From assembly GCA_963665325.3 (NCBI GenBank), contig OZ224045.1, forward strand, positions 1,184,001-1,248,000: DNA of 64,000 bases, given 5' to 3'. This document shows, piece by piece, positions 40,580-52,261 of the stretch (its first letter is position 1; each line of letters opens with the position of its first letter). The notes below the pieces were generated by a model, which had not been told where the DNA came from, did no database searches, and saw only the letters and a program-made list of their open reading frames with translations. The position numbers and the translations under genes are program-made. The DNA is from Alphaproteobacteria bacterium (GTDB taxonomy: Bacteria > Pseudomonadota > Alphaproteobacteria > Bin95).

Positions 40580-43500
40580 ATGGTCGCCAATGTAACGAAG
40601 ATCAACTCGGCGAGCTCGGTCGTGCGCTATTTCAGCGAGGACGGCTACTATGCCGACGGCGACCCCGAGCACCGCAAGGCGAGCCGCTGGCACGGTCGGG
40701 GCGCGGCGGCGCTGAGGCTCGGGCGCCATGTCTCGCCGAAACGCTTTGCCGAGATCATGAGGGGCGAGGCTCCGAAGGCGGGTGTACGCCTCGGTACCGT
40801 CCGCGACGGGGTGCTGGAGCACGAGGCGGGGAGGGACGTGACCCTGTCGGCGCCGAAATCGGTTTCGCTGGCTGCGCTGGTGGACGGCGACAGGCGGGTG
40901 GTGCGCGCGCATGACGAGGCGGTGCGGGCGACGCTCGACTGGATCGAGGAGGAGCTGCTGCTGACCCGGCAGTGGGACCGGGAGCGGCGGCGTCACAGGC
41001 GGGTGCGCTCGCCGAGCCTTGTGGCGGCGGTGTTCCGCCATCTCGCGAACCGCAATCTCGACCCGCAGCTTCACAGCCATGCGGTGGTCGCCAACATGAC
41101 ATGCACGGGCGACGGCGAGTGGCGGAGCCTCGACCTGGGTGCGCTCGGGTCCAGCGAGATGCTGATCGGGGCCTTCTACCGCAACGAGCTGGCGGTGCGG
41201 CTGGTCGAGCTGGGCTACGACCTGGAGCCTTCGCTGGCGGGCCACGTGCCGAGCTTCGAGATACGCGGCTACGGGCGCCCGGTGCTGCGGAGCTTCTCGA
41301 CGCGGCGGCGGGAGATCCTGGCGTGGGTGCAGAAGCACGGGGTGGCGAACACGGCGTCCCGGCGCCAGCAGGCAGCGCTGGCGACGCGCAAGCGCAAGGA
41401 CGAGCCGGACCGCGCGGCGATGACGGCGATGTGGGTGGTGCGCGCCCGCGAGATGGGCCTGCCGGGCAAGAAGGCGCAGGCCATGCGGCGCCGGCGCCGG
41501 CGCATCCATGAGACGGCGGTGGACGGCGCGGCGCTTTCGGCGGCGGAGATCGTGCGGCGCGGCATGGATCAGCTGGAGGAGCGCCGGTCGGTGTTCACGG
41601 CCCGGATGCTGGAGACGCTGGCGCTCGGCCACTCTCCGGGCGCGTTCCGGCTGCCGGCGCTCCGGGCGGCGGTGCGCGGGCTGGTGCGCGACGGCCACCT
41701 GGTGGCGGCGAAGAAGCGGCGCGACCCGTCCTTCGCCACCGACCGCATCCTGCGGGGAGAGAGGGACGTCGTGGCGCGGATGCGCGCCGGTATCGACGAC
41801 GGCGCGCCGACCGTGGCGGAGGCGGCCGTCGACAGGGGCCTGGCGGCGGGCCGGCTGACGGAGGGCCAGAACCACGCGGTGCGCCATATCCTCTGCTCGC
41901 ATGACCGCATCCTGGCTGTGCAGGGCTATGCCGGCACTGGCAAGACGGCGATGCTGCGCGAGGTGGTGCGGCTGGCGGGGGCGAAGCGGGTGGTCGGGCT
42001 CGCGCCCACGGCGGTCGCGGCGCGCGCCTTGGGCGAGGAGGCCGGCATCCCGGCGCGAACGCTCGCATGGTTCCTCGCCCGGTTCGGCGACGCCGCCGAC
42101 GGGCTCGTCGGGGACGAAGCACTTGCGGCGCTCAGGCGGCGCTATGCCGGGACGGTGCTGGTGCTGGACGAAGCTTCGATGGTCGGCACGGTGCAGATGC
42201 AGGCGCTGATGCGCATCGCGGAGACGCTCGGGATCGGGCGGCTGGCGCTGGTCGGCGACACGGCGCAGCTCCGCGCCGTAGATGCGGGCGGTCCGTTCCG
42301 GCTGCTGCAGCGGGCGGGCATGCCCATTGCGGTCATGGACGAGATCCTGCGCCAGCGGACCCCGGAGCTGAAGGCGGCGGTCGATGCAACGGTGGACCGG
42401 GAGCCGGCGCTCGCGGTCGAGCGGCTCGGGGACGACGTTCACGAGGTGGACGCCGGCGTGCTCGGGGAGACGGCGGCGCGCATCTGGCTCGGGCTCGACG
42501 AGGCGGCGCGCAGGGAGACCGTACTGCTCGCGCCGACGCACGAGCTGCGCGAGCGCATCAATGCGACCCTGCGCGAGGCGCTGGCGGAAGAGGGCGTGCT
42601 GCACGCGTCATGCCCCGGCTCACCATCGAGCGGCTGGTGAGCCGGGGCATGACGCGTGCGCAGAAGGGCGACATCCGCAACTGGGTCGAGGGCGACGAAG
42701 CGGTATTCCTGCACGACATGTGGGGCGGCAAGGCGCGCGCCGGCGAGTGCTTCGCGGTGACAGGCGTCGAGGGCGGGCGCGTGCGGCTGGAGCATGCCGA
42801 CGGGCGCAAGCTCGCGATCCGCCCTGACGGCCGGGTGCGCTACCAGGTGGAGGTCTACGAGACGCGCACCATCGAGATCCGCGCCGGGGACCGGATCCGC
42901 TGGACCCGCAATGACCATGCGCGCGGTCTCGCCAATGGCGACCGGGCGGAGGTGACGGATATCGGCCCGCGCAAGGTCTCGTTCCTGGGCGAGGACGGGC
43001 GCGCGTTCGCGCTCTCGCGCAAGGACATGCAGCTGCGCCATCTCGACCATGCCTGGAGCTCGACCGTGCACGGGGCGCAGGGGATCACCCGCGACAATGT
43101 CATCGCGGTGCTGGACTCAGGCCATGGGGCGCTCACCGACCAGGCGACCTTCTATGTGGAGCTGACGCGGGCCCGGGACCGGGTTGTGGTTCTGACCGAC
43201 AACCGCGAGGACCTGATGGCGGCGCTGGAGGAGGCGACGGGCGAGCAGATATCGGCGCTGGAGGCGGTCGGCGAGGACCCGGCGGTCCGGCTGACGGAGA
43301 AGGAGGAGCTCTGGCCGCAACTCTCGGCCTGGCGGGCGCATGCGGCCCGCGCCAAAGAGGCGGGCCTGCTGCCGCTCGACATGGAGGAGCACGGGGAGGT
43401 GCTGGCGCGGCTCGGGAGGCTTGCCGCGCGCCGGAACCTGCCCTGCCCGCCGCCGGCCGCGGTCGCGCTCATCCTCGAAGAGCAGGAAACGGAAGCGGCG

Positions 43501-45447
43501 CGCCGCGGCGAGGTCGAGGCCTGGCTCGGGGAGAGCGGCGGGAGCGAGGCCGCGCGCGGGACGCTGGCTGGAGAAGCGGAAGCTGCAAACCTTCCGCTCA
43601 CCGACATGCCCGGCTGGCGGGCCTGGCGTGATGCGGCGGAACGGAGAGCAAAGGCCGGGTGCCGGTTGCTGGCAGACTACTACCGCCCCCATCTCGACCG
43701 CACCGGGGGCGACCGGGCCGAAATCGAACGCGAGACCGCGTCTCTGGAAGCGGCCGTCGCCCTCGACGACGATTGCGCGGGCCTGCTGGAGGACTGGCAA
43801 ACGCATGGCAACGCTGCCGAAGCGGCCGGCGTTCATCCGTTCCATGCCGGGGGATACGAGGCCCTTGTCGCGCGTCTCGAAGAGATCGCGGGCAGAGGAG
43901 AACTGCCGCCGGGGACCTCGGCGTGTCTCACCGGTATGCTGGAGGAGCACGAGGCGCTCGTCCGGGCGGGCGCGGCGGTCGGACATGTGCTGCCGTCATA
44001 CAGGAAGGTGGACGGGCGCCGCGCGGGCCTGCTGGCAGAGGCCGAAGCCTCCGACGTGCCGATAACCGATCTTGCCGGGTGGAAGGACATGCGGGAGGAG
44101 GCCGGCAAGTTGATGCGGGCGGGCAAGGAGCTTCTCGAATGGGAGACGTTCGGCGTTCACCTGGACCGCGACCCCGCCGACCGCGCCCTGGTCGAACGGG
44201 TGGTCGCAGCTGCGGAAGCCGACATGTTGCTGGCCGATGCGCTGGTCAAATGGCGTACGCATGCCAGGCTGGCCGGGGACGAAGGTCTTTCGCCCTTCGA
44301 TATGGAGAGAACGGACGAGGCCATGGCGCCGTTGCGGGCGCTCGCCGCTCGGGACGATCTCCCGGTGCCGCTGCCGCAGGGTATCCTCGACCTCGTCGAC
44401 GAGCACGGGCGCGAGATGCGGGCCCGAGACGCGGTGGACGGCTGGAGCCGAACCATGGGCAAGCTCGCCCATGGCCGCGACGAGCTGGTCGGGCGGGCGG
44501 CCGACGGCAAGCTGGCCATCGCGGAACTGCCGGACTGGCCGAAATGGCGCGAGGACGCCAGGACGGCCGTGGCCTCCGGCCGGTCCCTTCTGGCGGATGC
44601 GGACTGCGCGCCGGGGCTCGACCGGAACGCCGGACTTCGCGCCGCGATCGGGAACGGCGTCCAGACGCTGGCGGCGGGACTGGAAAGAGAAGCCTCCTGC
44701 GCCCGGCTCATCCGCGAGTGGAATTCACATGTCGGGATCGCGCGGGCCGCCCGCATCCGTCCCTCTACCGTCGGGGGGCATGGCGAACTTGCGGCCCGCA
44801 TGGCAGGGATGGCGGGGCGCACGGACCTCGACAAGGCATCGACAGCGCGCTTTGCCGAACTCCTGCGGGAGAACGAACGGCGGGAGCGGGCGCAGATCGG
44901 GGAGGATATTGCCTCGCAACGCGAGAGGCTTCTGGAGTGGGCCGGCGGCGATGCCGAACTCCTGCCCTACCAGTTCGACTATGACCGGTTCCGCGAGGCC
45001 GTCACGGAGGCGCGCGGGCTCTTCGACCCGGACTCGGAGTTCGGCGAGCGCCTCGCGCGTTTCGACAAGCAGATGGATGGCGCCGAAAAACGCATGCACG
45101 ATGCGGAGGCGCTGCGGGAACGGGCCTTCTCCCTGGCAGAGAAGGCCCTCGAACTCGACAGGCACGTCACCGACAATCCGGGCGCGCCGATACACGAGCA
45201 GAGAGGGTTCCCGGCCTGGCGCAGGGATGCCGACCGGTTCCTCGACGACCGCCGCACAGCCCTGCGGGACCGCCTGATGGCGCCGCACCTCGACCGGTCA
45301 TCTGGACGCAGCATGCTCGAGACCTCCGCTTCGATCCTCGAGCAGGAGAGGTTCCGGGCGCCGAAGCAGGAGATGCGGCAGGAGGCGGCGCGGCGCCAGC
45401 GGACGCAGACCCTCGACCGCAGCGAGGGCGGCGGGATGAAGTTGTAG
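40580..45447 (+). pseudogene. trwC: MOBF (TrwC/TraI-like) relaxase-helicase with repeat tail; frameshift near 42605
   Basis: YF..DGYY, DVTLSAPKSVS, RNLDPQLHSH, QGYAGTGKT, LDEASM, GDTAQL; continues in another frame with GDRIRWTRND, TVHGAQG, FYVELTRAR. Confidence 0.88.
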
Positions 45448-45638
45448 ACAGGAACCGCGGGGGCGCTCGGCGCGTCGCAGGTGAGAGCGGACAAAGCCAT
45501 AGGGAGCCGGACACATCCCCCGGCCATGTGAGCTGTACGAACCTGAAATGATGTTGCCGCCACCGGATTGAGCGTAATCGCGGAATTCCTGCTGGCAAAG
45601 TCCGGTGCTTTTCCTTGCCATGTCTTCAGGGCGCGGCG

Positions 45639-46710
45639 TCAAAAGGTCTTCGAGACTCCGATTGTGGCACCCTGATTGCACCAGGCGTTAATCGGGATAC
45701 CGGACCGGTTCCGCTCGACGAAAAAGCCGACAAAGGGGGCGAAGCCGCGATATTGCAACGCGCGGTGGAGCAGGTTCACCGAGAGGCGCGTCTGCCGATC
45801 CGAACGCGTCTTCCCGAAAAGAGGGTCCCTGCCGGCGTAGCGCCGCCAGTTGACGGCCGCCCTGGGCGAGACCGAGAGGCCGCCTGCGAAGGCATGGGAA
45901 ACCCCGAGGGCGAGACCGCCGAGCCGGCTGCCGTGACGGCCCTCTCGGGCGTCGACATGTTCGAGGTCGAGTTCGGCCCTGAAGGTCGTCCGGGAGTAGA
46001 GTGCGTAGTCGAGGCCGGGCCGCAGGGTAACGGTCCAGCCGTTCAGCCCGGGATGGTCCGGATGGCCGCGGTGCTCCGCGCCGAGCGCGGCGTCGAGCCG
46101 CAAGGCCGGCGACAGGCGCACGCGGCCGCGCACCCAGGGGCCGATCCCGTCGCTGTAGCGCTTTCCCCCAGCCATCGCCGGCCGAGGCGCAGGCCTCCGG
46201 ATACGCTGCCGCCATCGAACAGTCGCGCCGCCCCGATATCGCCCTGCACCGAGATGTCGTTCCAGTTGGATCGCTCGTAGAGCTTCGCCGCCGCCGAAAC
46301 CGCCAGCACGCCGCGCCAGTCGTGGGCAAGGACGGGCGAATGTTGCGCTCCCGTGCTGACCAGCAGGCCCGTTCCGGATGCTTCGCGGGCATCCTCGTCG
46401 AGACGGAACGGCACGTCGCCGATACGTATTTCGTTGTCATCCGTGCGCTTCGCCGGATTGCTCTCCGGCAGAATCGCCGCGGAGACCGAGACCGACCATC
46501 GCTTGCGTGCATCGATCCGGTCGAGCCACGCCTCTACCGCCTTCTCGACGGAAGATGGCAGTTCATCCGCGAGCGAGGCCTCGAAATGGAACCGGGCCTT
46601 CCCGTCGCGTCCGAGCAGGCCGTAGATGCGGGCCAGTTCGAGCCGGACGCGGGTCAGATCGGGGCGGACCGCGAGGATGGATTCGAGACGCCCGGCGGCC
46701 TCCGGCAGGT
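45639..46710 (-). pseudogene. surface lipoprotein assembly modifier (Slam/DUF560) remnant, 5'-truncated and frameshifted
   Basis: TPR RPDLTRVRLELAR..ARFHFE, WSVSVS..PESNP, barrel strands, DPLFGKTRSD, C-terminal VSKTF. Confidence 0.8.
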
Positions 46711-47022
46711 GAGCCGTTTTCCGAGGCGGTATTCGACGGCGTCGAGATGGCGCCCTACGGCGTCGATGTGCCGACGGTCGATCTCCGAGAAGCGTTCGAG
46801 GATTCGCCCTTCGCTGCGGTCGATATTCTTTCCGGTTCCGCCGACGGCTTCGATGAGTTCGTTCCGGAGTTTCCGGCCCGGGATATCGAGGTGGTATCCG
46901 CGAGGGTTCGCGGTGGCGCCCGCGCGCACGCGCAAGGCTGCGACCCTGGCGTCGTCTGGTTCCATTCCGGCGTCTTCGAGCGCCTTGGTGATGCCGTCCA
47001 GATCGGGGGGCGATTTTGCCAC
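46711..47022 (-). pseudogene. hypothetical coiled-coil protein fragment abutting the Slam remnant
   Basis: ITKALEDAGMEPDDA.. N-terminus; the frame runs into Slam sequence. Confidence 0.35.
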
Positions 47023-47245
47023 TGGTGGAGCCTGCCCGTTTTCGGCGTGTCGGACAAGTTGCTACGCGGCGCCCATTGGAGGTTCGGTGCCGCGCAGCAT
47101 CAACCTGGCACAGACCGCGAAGGAAAGTCGATCCGCCGATTGGAGCCAGCATTCGGCGCTGGACCATGAATGCGCTTCAGGTCAAGCTGAGGAGGATGGC
47201 GCTGTGAGGCCCTGCCCGTCTGTCGGGCCATAGCGGAGGCAGGCA

Positions 47246-47707
47246 ATGCGGCTGAGCAAACGAGCCGACTACGCGCTCCGGGCGCTCGCATATCTCGCCA
47301 TCCACGAAGAACGCCTCTCCACCATCCGTGAGATCGCGGAGTGCTACGGGATTTCCCGAAGCCACCTGACCAAGGTCGTCTGGGGGTTGGGCCGGACCGG
47401 GCACGTGGAGACGGTTCGCGGAAAGAACGGCGGAGTCAGGCTGGCTCGTCCGCCAGAGACAATTTCGCTTGGCGCGGTAGTGCGCCATATCGAGAGTGCC
47501 ATACCGCTCGCCGAGTGCTTCCCCGACGGAGCCGGCGTGTGCCGGATCGCCTCATGCTGCCGGTACCGGTCCATTCTGGCGGGAGCCGAAGAAGCCTTCT
47601 TTGCAGTGTTCGATCGCTACACGGTCCACGACCTGGCGCATCGCAATCGGAGAAGAGGAAGTGAATCCGGGGGCGCGCCTCCGGCCGGGCCGACGCGATC
47701 AAAATGA
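47246..47707 (+). CDS. nsrR: Rrf2-family regulator, NsrR-like
   Basis: DYALRAL, ISRSHLTKVV, TVRGKNGG, ECF..C.I..CC Fe-S ligands. Confidence 0.85.
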   Translation: MRLSKRADYALRALAYLAIHEERLSTIREIAECYGISRSHLTKVVWGLGRTGHVETVRGKNGGVRLARPPETISLGAVVRHIESAIPLAECFPDGAGVCRIASCCRYRSILAGAEEAFFAVFDRYTVHDLAHRNRRRGSESGGAPPAGPTRSK

Positions 47708-47764
47708 GATGTCGTATCCCTGCTCACGCTCTCGCCGGCGGTCTATGTCCTCGCCCTGATGTTG

Positions 47765-48400
47765 CTAGGTCACCTCCGACAGGTTCGTGAGGCTCCGGGT
47801 GAAGTTTCTGGGCAGGCCGGCTGCGAGCCGCGACAGGGAACGGGTCTCGCCGGTGTCGGCTGCTTGCCTGGCATGCCGGCGAAAGACGGCGAAGGTCTCG
47901 CCGGGCCAAGCGCGGTTCCTGCGGGCGAACTCGAGCACGGCTTCGCTGCTGCGCTCGTCTTCGGGCCTGATGACGTCGCGCATCAGGGTCGCGAGGCGGT
48001 CGGGGTCGTGGCGCTGGTCCGCGGCCTCGAAGGCGCCGGCGTCCGGGGTTTCGATCCGGTAGGGCTTGGCCTCCGGGTCGCGGGCGGCGCTGCGGATTGC
48101 TTCGAACTCGGCGATGAGGTAGGCCATGTCGATCCATCTGCGGTCGACATGGTCCCTCTGCGCTGCATTGTCGGCGGCGCGCCAGGTCTGGAACTTCTTG
48201 ACGAATTGTTCGGCCCTGACGTCCCACCATCGATAGTCGGCATTGAAGTCGTTGAGCGCCTGGGGCGCCGGCTCGGCGGGGCGGCGGGCAGGGATGTCGT
48301 CCTCGTCCCCGAAAAGCCGGCGAACGCGCCTGAAGAGGCCCGGGCGGGAGGCCGGCTCATCCGGCGCCGACGGTTTCGGGGCAAGGGCGAGTTCGAGAAT
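47765..48400 (-). pseudogene. C-terminal part of an unknown protein
   Basis: Protein-like frame without its own start, joined to the helicase fragment. Confidence 0.4.
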
Positions 48401-48760
48401 GGCCGGGTAGCCGACAGCCCGAGCACATATCTTGCCTTGGCATGGCTCGCCACCGCCTCGAAACTGACCGCGGGGAGATGGTGGCATTCGTCGACCACGA
48501 GATGGCCGTATCCGGCCACCAGGTCGTCGACCTCGCCTCTGCGCCCCAGGCTCTGGATCACCCCGACATCGACGATGCCGCCCGGCTGACGCATGTCGCC
48601 GCCGATCCGACCGATGGCGGAGGCAGGCAGATCGGGGAACGCCCGGAGACGGGCGAGCCACTGGTCCATCAACAGGCGGCGGTGAACCGGGACGAGGGTC
48701 TTGGTCCTGCGCGCGGTAATGATGGATGCCGCGACCACCGTCTTGCCTGAAGCGGCCCGA
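48400..48760 (-). pseudogene. SF2 DEAD/DEAH (ResIII-like) helicase internal fragment
   Basis: GKTVVA, VHRRLLMDQW, IQSL, VVDECHH, LGLSAT. Confidence 0.8.
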
Positions 48761-48769
48761 ATCGTCAAT

Positions 48770-49014
48770 TGAGGCCGAGCTGAGGAGGAGCTCGATTCGC
48801 TGCTTTCGCCCGAGACTTCGCGGGCCTGACCCGTGCTGGCGTCGACGAAGACGTAATCGGTAACGCCCGAGCCGTGGCATCCGATGCAACCGGAGATAGT
48901 GCTGTTCGCGAAATCGGCAGTCAGCTCGATATTGGCCGTAAACTCACCGGTCTCCGTGCTGCCTTCGCCCGCGCGCTGCGCCATCGCTCCCGGCCATGCA
49001 ATAGCCACCGTCAT
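48770..49014 (-). pseudogene. fragment of a TbpB-like beta-barrel protein
   Basis: TGEFTANIELTADFANSTISG. Confidence 0.5.
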
Positions 49015-49411
49015 GCCGGAAATACTCCGCCGTCAAGGATGAAGACGTCAGAATACGCGCCTTGGTGACTATGTCAGCGCGCAACAGCGGTTTTTAAGAT
49101 ACACTCTGTACACTACATCCTTGCCGGAGTACGCAGGACTGGATGGTGCCAGGAGAAATCATCGAGACAGCAGCGCCCCCCGTTGGTGCTGTTTTGTTGC
49201 TCTGCCTCTGTTTGCGGCGTTCGCGTATGACCCATTCGGCTAAGAACCGGCCGAGACCGCCTGGCGGTCAAAGGCGGGAATGCCATGTTCCGAGATCGGG
49301 CTCCCGGGGGCTTGAGCGTCCGTGCGCGCGACCCGAACGAGCTGAGGCGCGCCATACGCGAACGGCATGGAAGACAATCCGCGCATGCTTGAATGATCGG
49401 GACAACCTGCG

Positions 49412-51889
49412 ATGAGAAAAATCCTCGCCACGTTCGCCGCGACCGCCATTCTCGCGACGGTGCAGGTCCATGCGGGTTCTCTGGCACCCGCCCCGCAGAT
49501 CATCGCCGAATACGACCGCAGTTTCATCGAGCGCTCCGGTGCCCAGACATTCGGCGAGATGCTCGACACGGGCATCATCCGCTATTTCTTCACCGGCGGG
49601 CGCGACCTGCTCATCCTGGTGAACGGGCGGCCCTACGCTACGACCGCACACAATCTGGATTCCCTCCCGCTTTCAGCGGTCGAACGCATTGAGGTGCTGA
49701 GAGCCGAGAGTCTGGGGACGCTTGGTGGGCACGCCGCAGTACGCGGTGCCTTCAACCTTGTGCTGAGGAGGGATCTGGACGGCTTCGACATGCGCACTGT
49801 CGCCCGGATGCCGGGCCGCGACGGTGGCGACGCCTGGCAAGGCGGCGTCTTCTGGGGCGGAGCAGTCGGCACGGGCGGGCACATGACCCTCGGCGTGGAC
49901 GTGATCGACCGTCAGGAAATCCCGGGAAGCAAGCGCGAGCACAGTCGCTCGGAGTGGTCGGAAGGCGGGAGCTTCGCCGAGGCGAGGAACGTCAGCGTCG
50001 GCGGTAACACCGTCTATGTCTTCGACAGGAGCGAGGGAGAGCTGAGATCCGTGGCGCTAGGTGAGTGCGACCCGGCGCAGGGCTACACCGGCCCGCTCAG
50101 CAACCCGCCGGGGATCGGCTCTGGCGACAAGGGCTGCGGGTTCGCCTACGGCGACTTCTGGTGGGACAGTGCAAGCTACGACCAGAAGAACGCAATCCTG
50201 AGCCTCGATCACCCTCTCGGGGAGCGCGCCCGGTTCCACATGGACGCAAACGTCACGCAAGGACGTTCAGCGTTCCGCTACGCTCCTTCGGTGGATGTCT
50301 TCTCCGTCACCCCGAGCGAGAGCCTGCTGGAGGCAATCAATGCATCGGCGCGCGGAGCCGGCCCGGCGTTCGAGGCGACGAACGAGGACATCTTCGCAGT
50401 CGGGCACCGCTTTATCGGCCACGGCAACCGGGACTGGAGGACGAGCACCGAGGAGTACGATCTCTCGGCAGGCGTCGAGGGCCGGCTTACGGAAGGCCTC
50501 GGCTACGGTGCCCGCATCGACGCCTGGAGGTTCGACAGTTCGGTGACGGGCGATACCTTCGTGGATGCTGAGACGATCGGGCGCGAGATCGAGGCCGGAA
50601 GGTACGATCTGACCGATCCGCTGTCGATGGGACCGGACCATCTGAGAGCGATCGAGAGAAGCAGCCTGCGCGAGGAGGAAAACATAGGTGCGAAGTATCA
50701 GGGTGCGCGTCTGGCACTTGAGGGCGTCGGTCCGGGCATCGGCGGGCGCAACTCGGCATGGACCGCGGGGGTCGAGTTGGCCCATGTGGAGGCCCACCGC
50801 CTGCTGGCGTTCCGGGCAGGAGACGGCCGGACCCACGACGTGAACGGGGTGCTCGGGTCGGGCGGCACAACCTATGCCGGCGAGCGCGATGCGGCGGGAG
50901 GCTTCGCCGAGTTGTCCGTTCCCTTTGCCAACACCTTGGATGTAAGAGCTGCAGTACGGGCCGACGAGTACGACGACATCGGCGGGCTGAGCGCGTGGCG
51001 CCTCGGGGCCGAGTACCGCCCAAGCGATATCGTGACGCTGCGCGGTTCGCGGAGCACGGGCGACGAGGCGCCCTCGATGCACCACCTGCACAGTACCGCG
51101 GCGCAGGACCATCCCTATGTCCGCTGCGTCCCGGAGAGCGGGCCGCCACCGCGCAGGTGCGACACGGCGGACTACCGGCAGGTGACGCGCCGCACGAGCG
51201 GCAGCCCCGAACTCGAGCCGTCAAGATCGGACAGGCTCTCCATCGGTGCCGAGGCCCGCAGAGGGCCGTTCTACCTCATCGCGGACTGGTACCGGCTTAC
51301 GACTTCGGATCTGCCGGGGCAGCAGGGGGCCACCTGGGCGATACTGAACCGCCCGGAGTGCCCGCCGGGTGGCGGCAGCAATTGCATTGAGCGAGCGGCC
51401 GGGGACATCACCATCCACGACAGTTTCGCGAACATCGTCGAGACCAGTATTTCAGGAGTCAACACCCGGTTCGGGGCTCGCATGGAGACCGGCTGGGGCT
51501 TCGTAGCGATGCGCGGGTTTTGGCGCTACGTCACCAGCAGCGAGGAGCGCATTGCAGGCGAGAAGCGGGCGTACCCGCTTCCGCGCAACGCCGTGCGCAT
51601 CGTTACCTCGGCCGGGCGTGGTGCTCTCACTGCCTTCTGGGCCGTGAACTACCGCGGCGAGATCGAGAACCGGTGGGACGACGGACGCTTCGGTTCCTGG
51701 ACCGGCCACGACCTGACGCTCGACTGGAGAGAACCTCTGGGGCTCGAAGACACGCGGCTGACCGCAGGCGTGTATAACGTCACCGACGCAAAGCTATCCA
51801 CCAACACCGCAAATCCCTCCGCGACCGACGGGCCCCGCGCGGCCGGCTGGGGTCGCACCTTCTTCGCAACCTTCAACATGCAGTTCTGA
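49412..51889 (+). CDS. TonB-dependent receptor
   Basis: Signal peptide, plug LILVNGR..LDSLPLSAVERIEVL, RADEYDD, PELEP, GVYNVTD, terminal F. Confidence 0.92.
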   Translation: MRKILATFAATAILATVQVHAGSLAPAPQIIAEYDRSFIERSGAQTFGEMLDTGIIRYFFTGGRDLLILVNGRPYATTAHNLDSLPLSAVERIEVLRAESLGTLGGHAAVRGAFNLVLRRDLDGFDMRTVARMPGRDGGDAWQGGVFWGGAVGTGGHMTLGVDVIDRQEIPGSKREHSRSEWSEGGSFAEARNVSVGGNTVYVFDRSEGELRSVALGECDPAQGYTGPLSNPPGIGSGDKGCGFAYGDFWWDSASYDQKNAILSLDHPLGERARFHMDANVTQGRSAFRYAPSVDVFSVTPSESLLEAINASARGAGPAFEATNEDIFAVGHRFIGHGNRDWRTSTEEYDLSAGVEGRLTEGLGYGARIDAWRFDSSVTGDTFVDAETIGREIEAGRYDLTDPLSMGPDHLRAIERSSLREEENIGAKYQGARLALEGVGPGIGGRNSAWTAGVELAHVEAHRLLAFRAGDGRTHDVNGVLGSGGTTYAGERDAAGGFAELSVPFANTLDVRAAVRADEYDDIGGLSAWRLGAEYRPSDIVTLRGSRSTGDEAPSMHHLHSTAAQDHPYVRCVPESGPPPRRCDTADYRQVTRRTSGSPELEPSRSDRLSIGAEARRGPFYLIADWYRLTTSDLPGQQGATWAILNRPECPPGGGSNCIERAAGDITIHDSFANIVETSISGVNTRFGARMETGWGFVAMRGFWRYVTSSEERIAGEKRAYPLPRNAVRIVTSAGRGALTAFWAVNYRGEIENRWDDGRFGSWTGHDLTLDWREPLGLEDTRLTAGVYNVTDAKLSTNTANPSATDGPRAAGWGRTFFATFNMQF

Positions 51890-52201
51890 TACCAGCGGCC
51901 GAGATTTGAGACTCATGGGGATTCCCAAGGAGTGCGGCTTCTGACTCAATGGCCGAACCCGCTGTTGGAGGGTTGGTATGTGGGCAGCAATCCCGTTGTC
52001 GAGTCCTCCGCCTCTTCCCCATCGCCCGTGTACAGCCCAGATGGCCTAAGCGCGAAATCGACATCCGCGTCTTTCTGGCACGCCTGCGGATCCGCTCCCG
52101 TTTGTCGGGTAGGCAATAGATGCAATGTTGTTTCTCCTATTCCTCCTGCTGCTTGATGACGGCGCGGGACGCGTCGTACCGGTGGGACGCGTACGGCCGG
52201 A

Positions 52202-52240
52202 AAAGGCAAAGGGCCGGCGCGGAGGCCGGCCCTTTCCTTT
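52202..52240. terminator. bidirectional hairpin terminator between convergent genes
   Basis: AAAGG.AAAGGGCCGGC-gcggag-GCCGGCCCTTT.CCTTT. Confidence 0.8.
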
Positions 52241-52261
52241 GCGTGTCCGCCCGGAGGCGGA

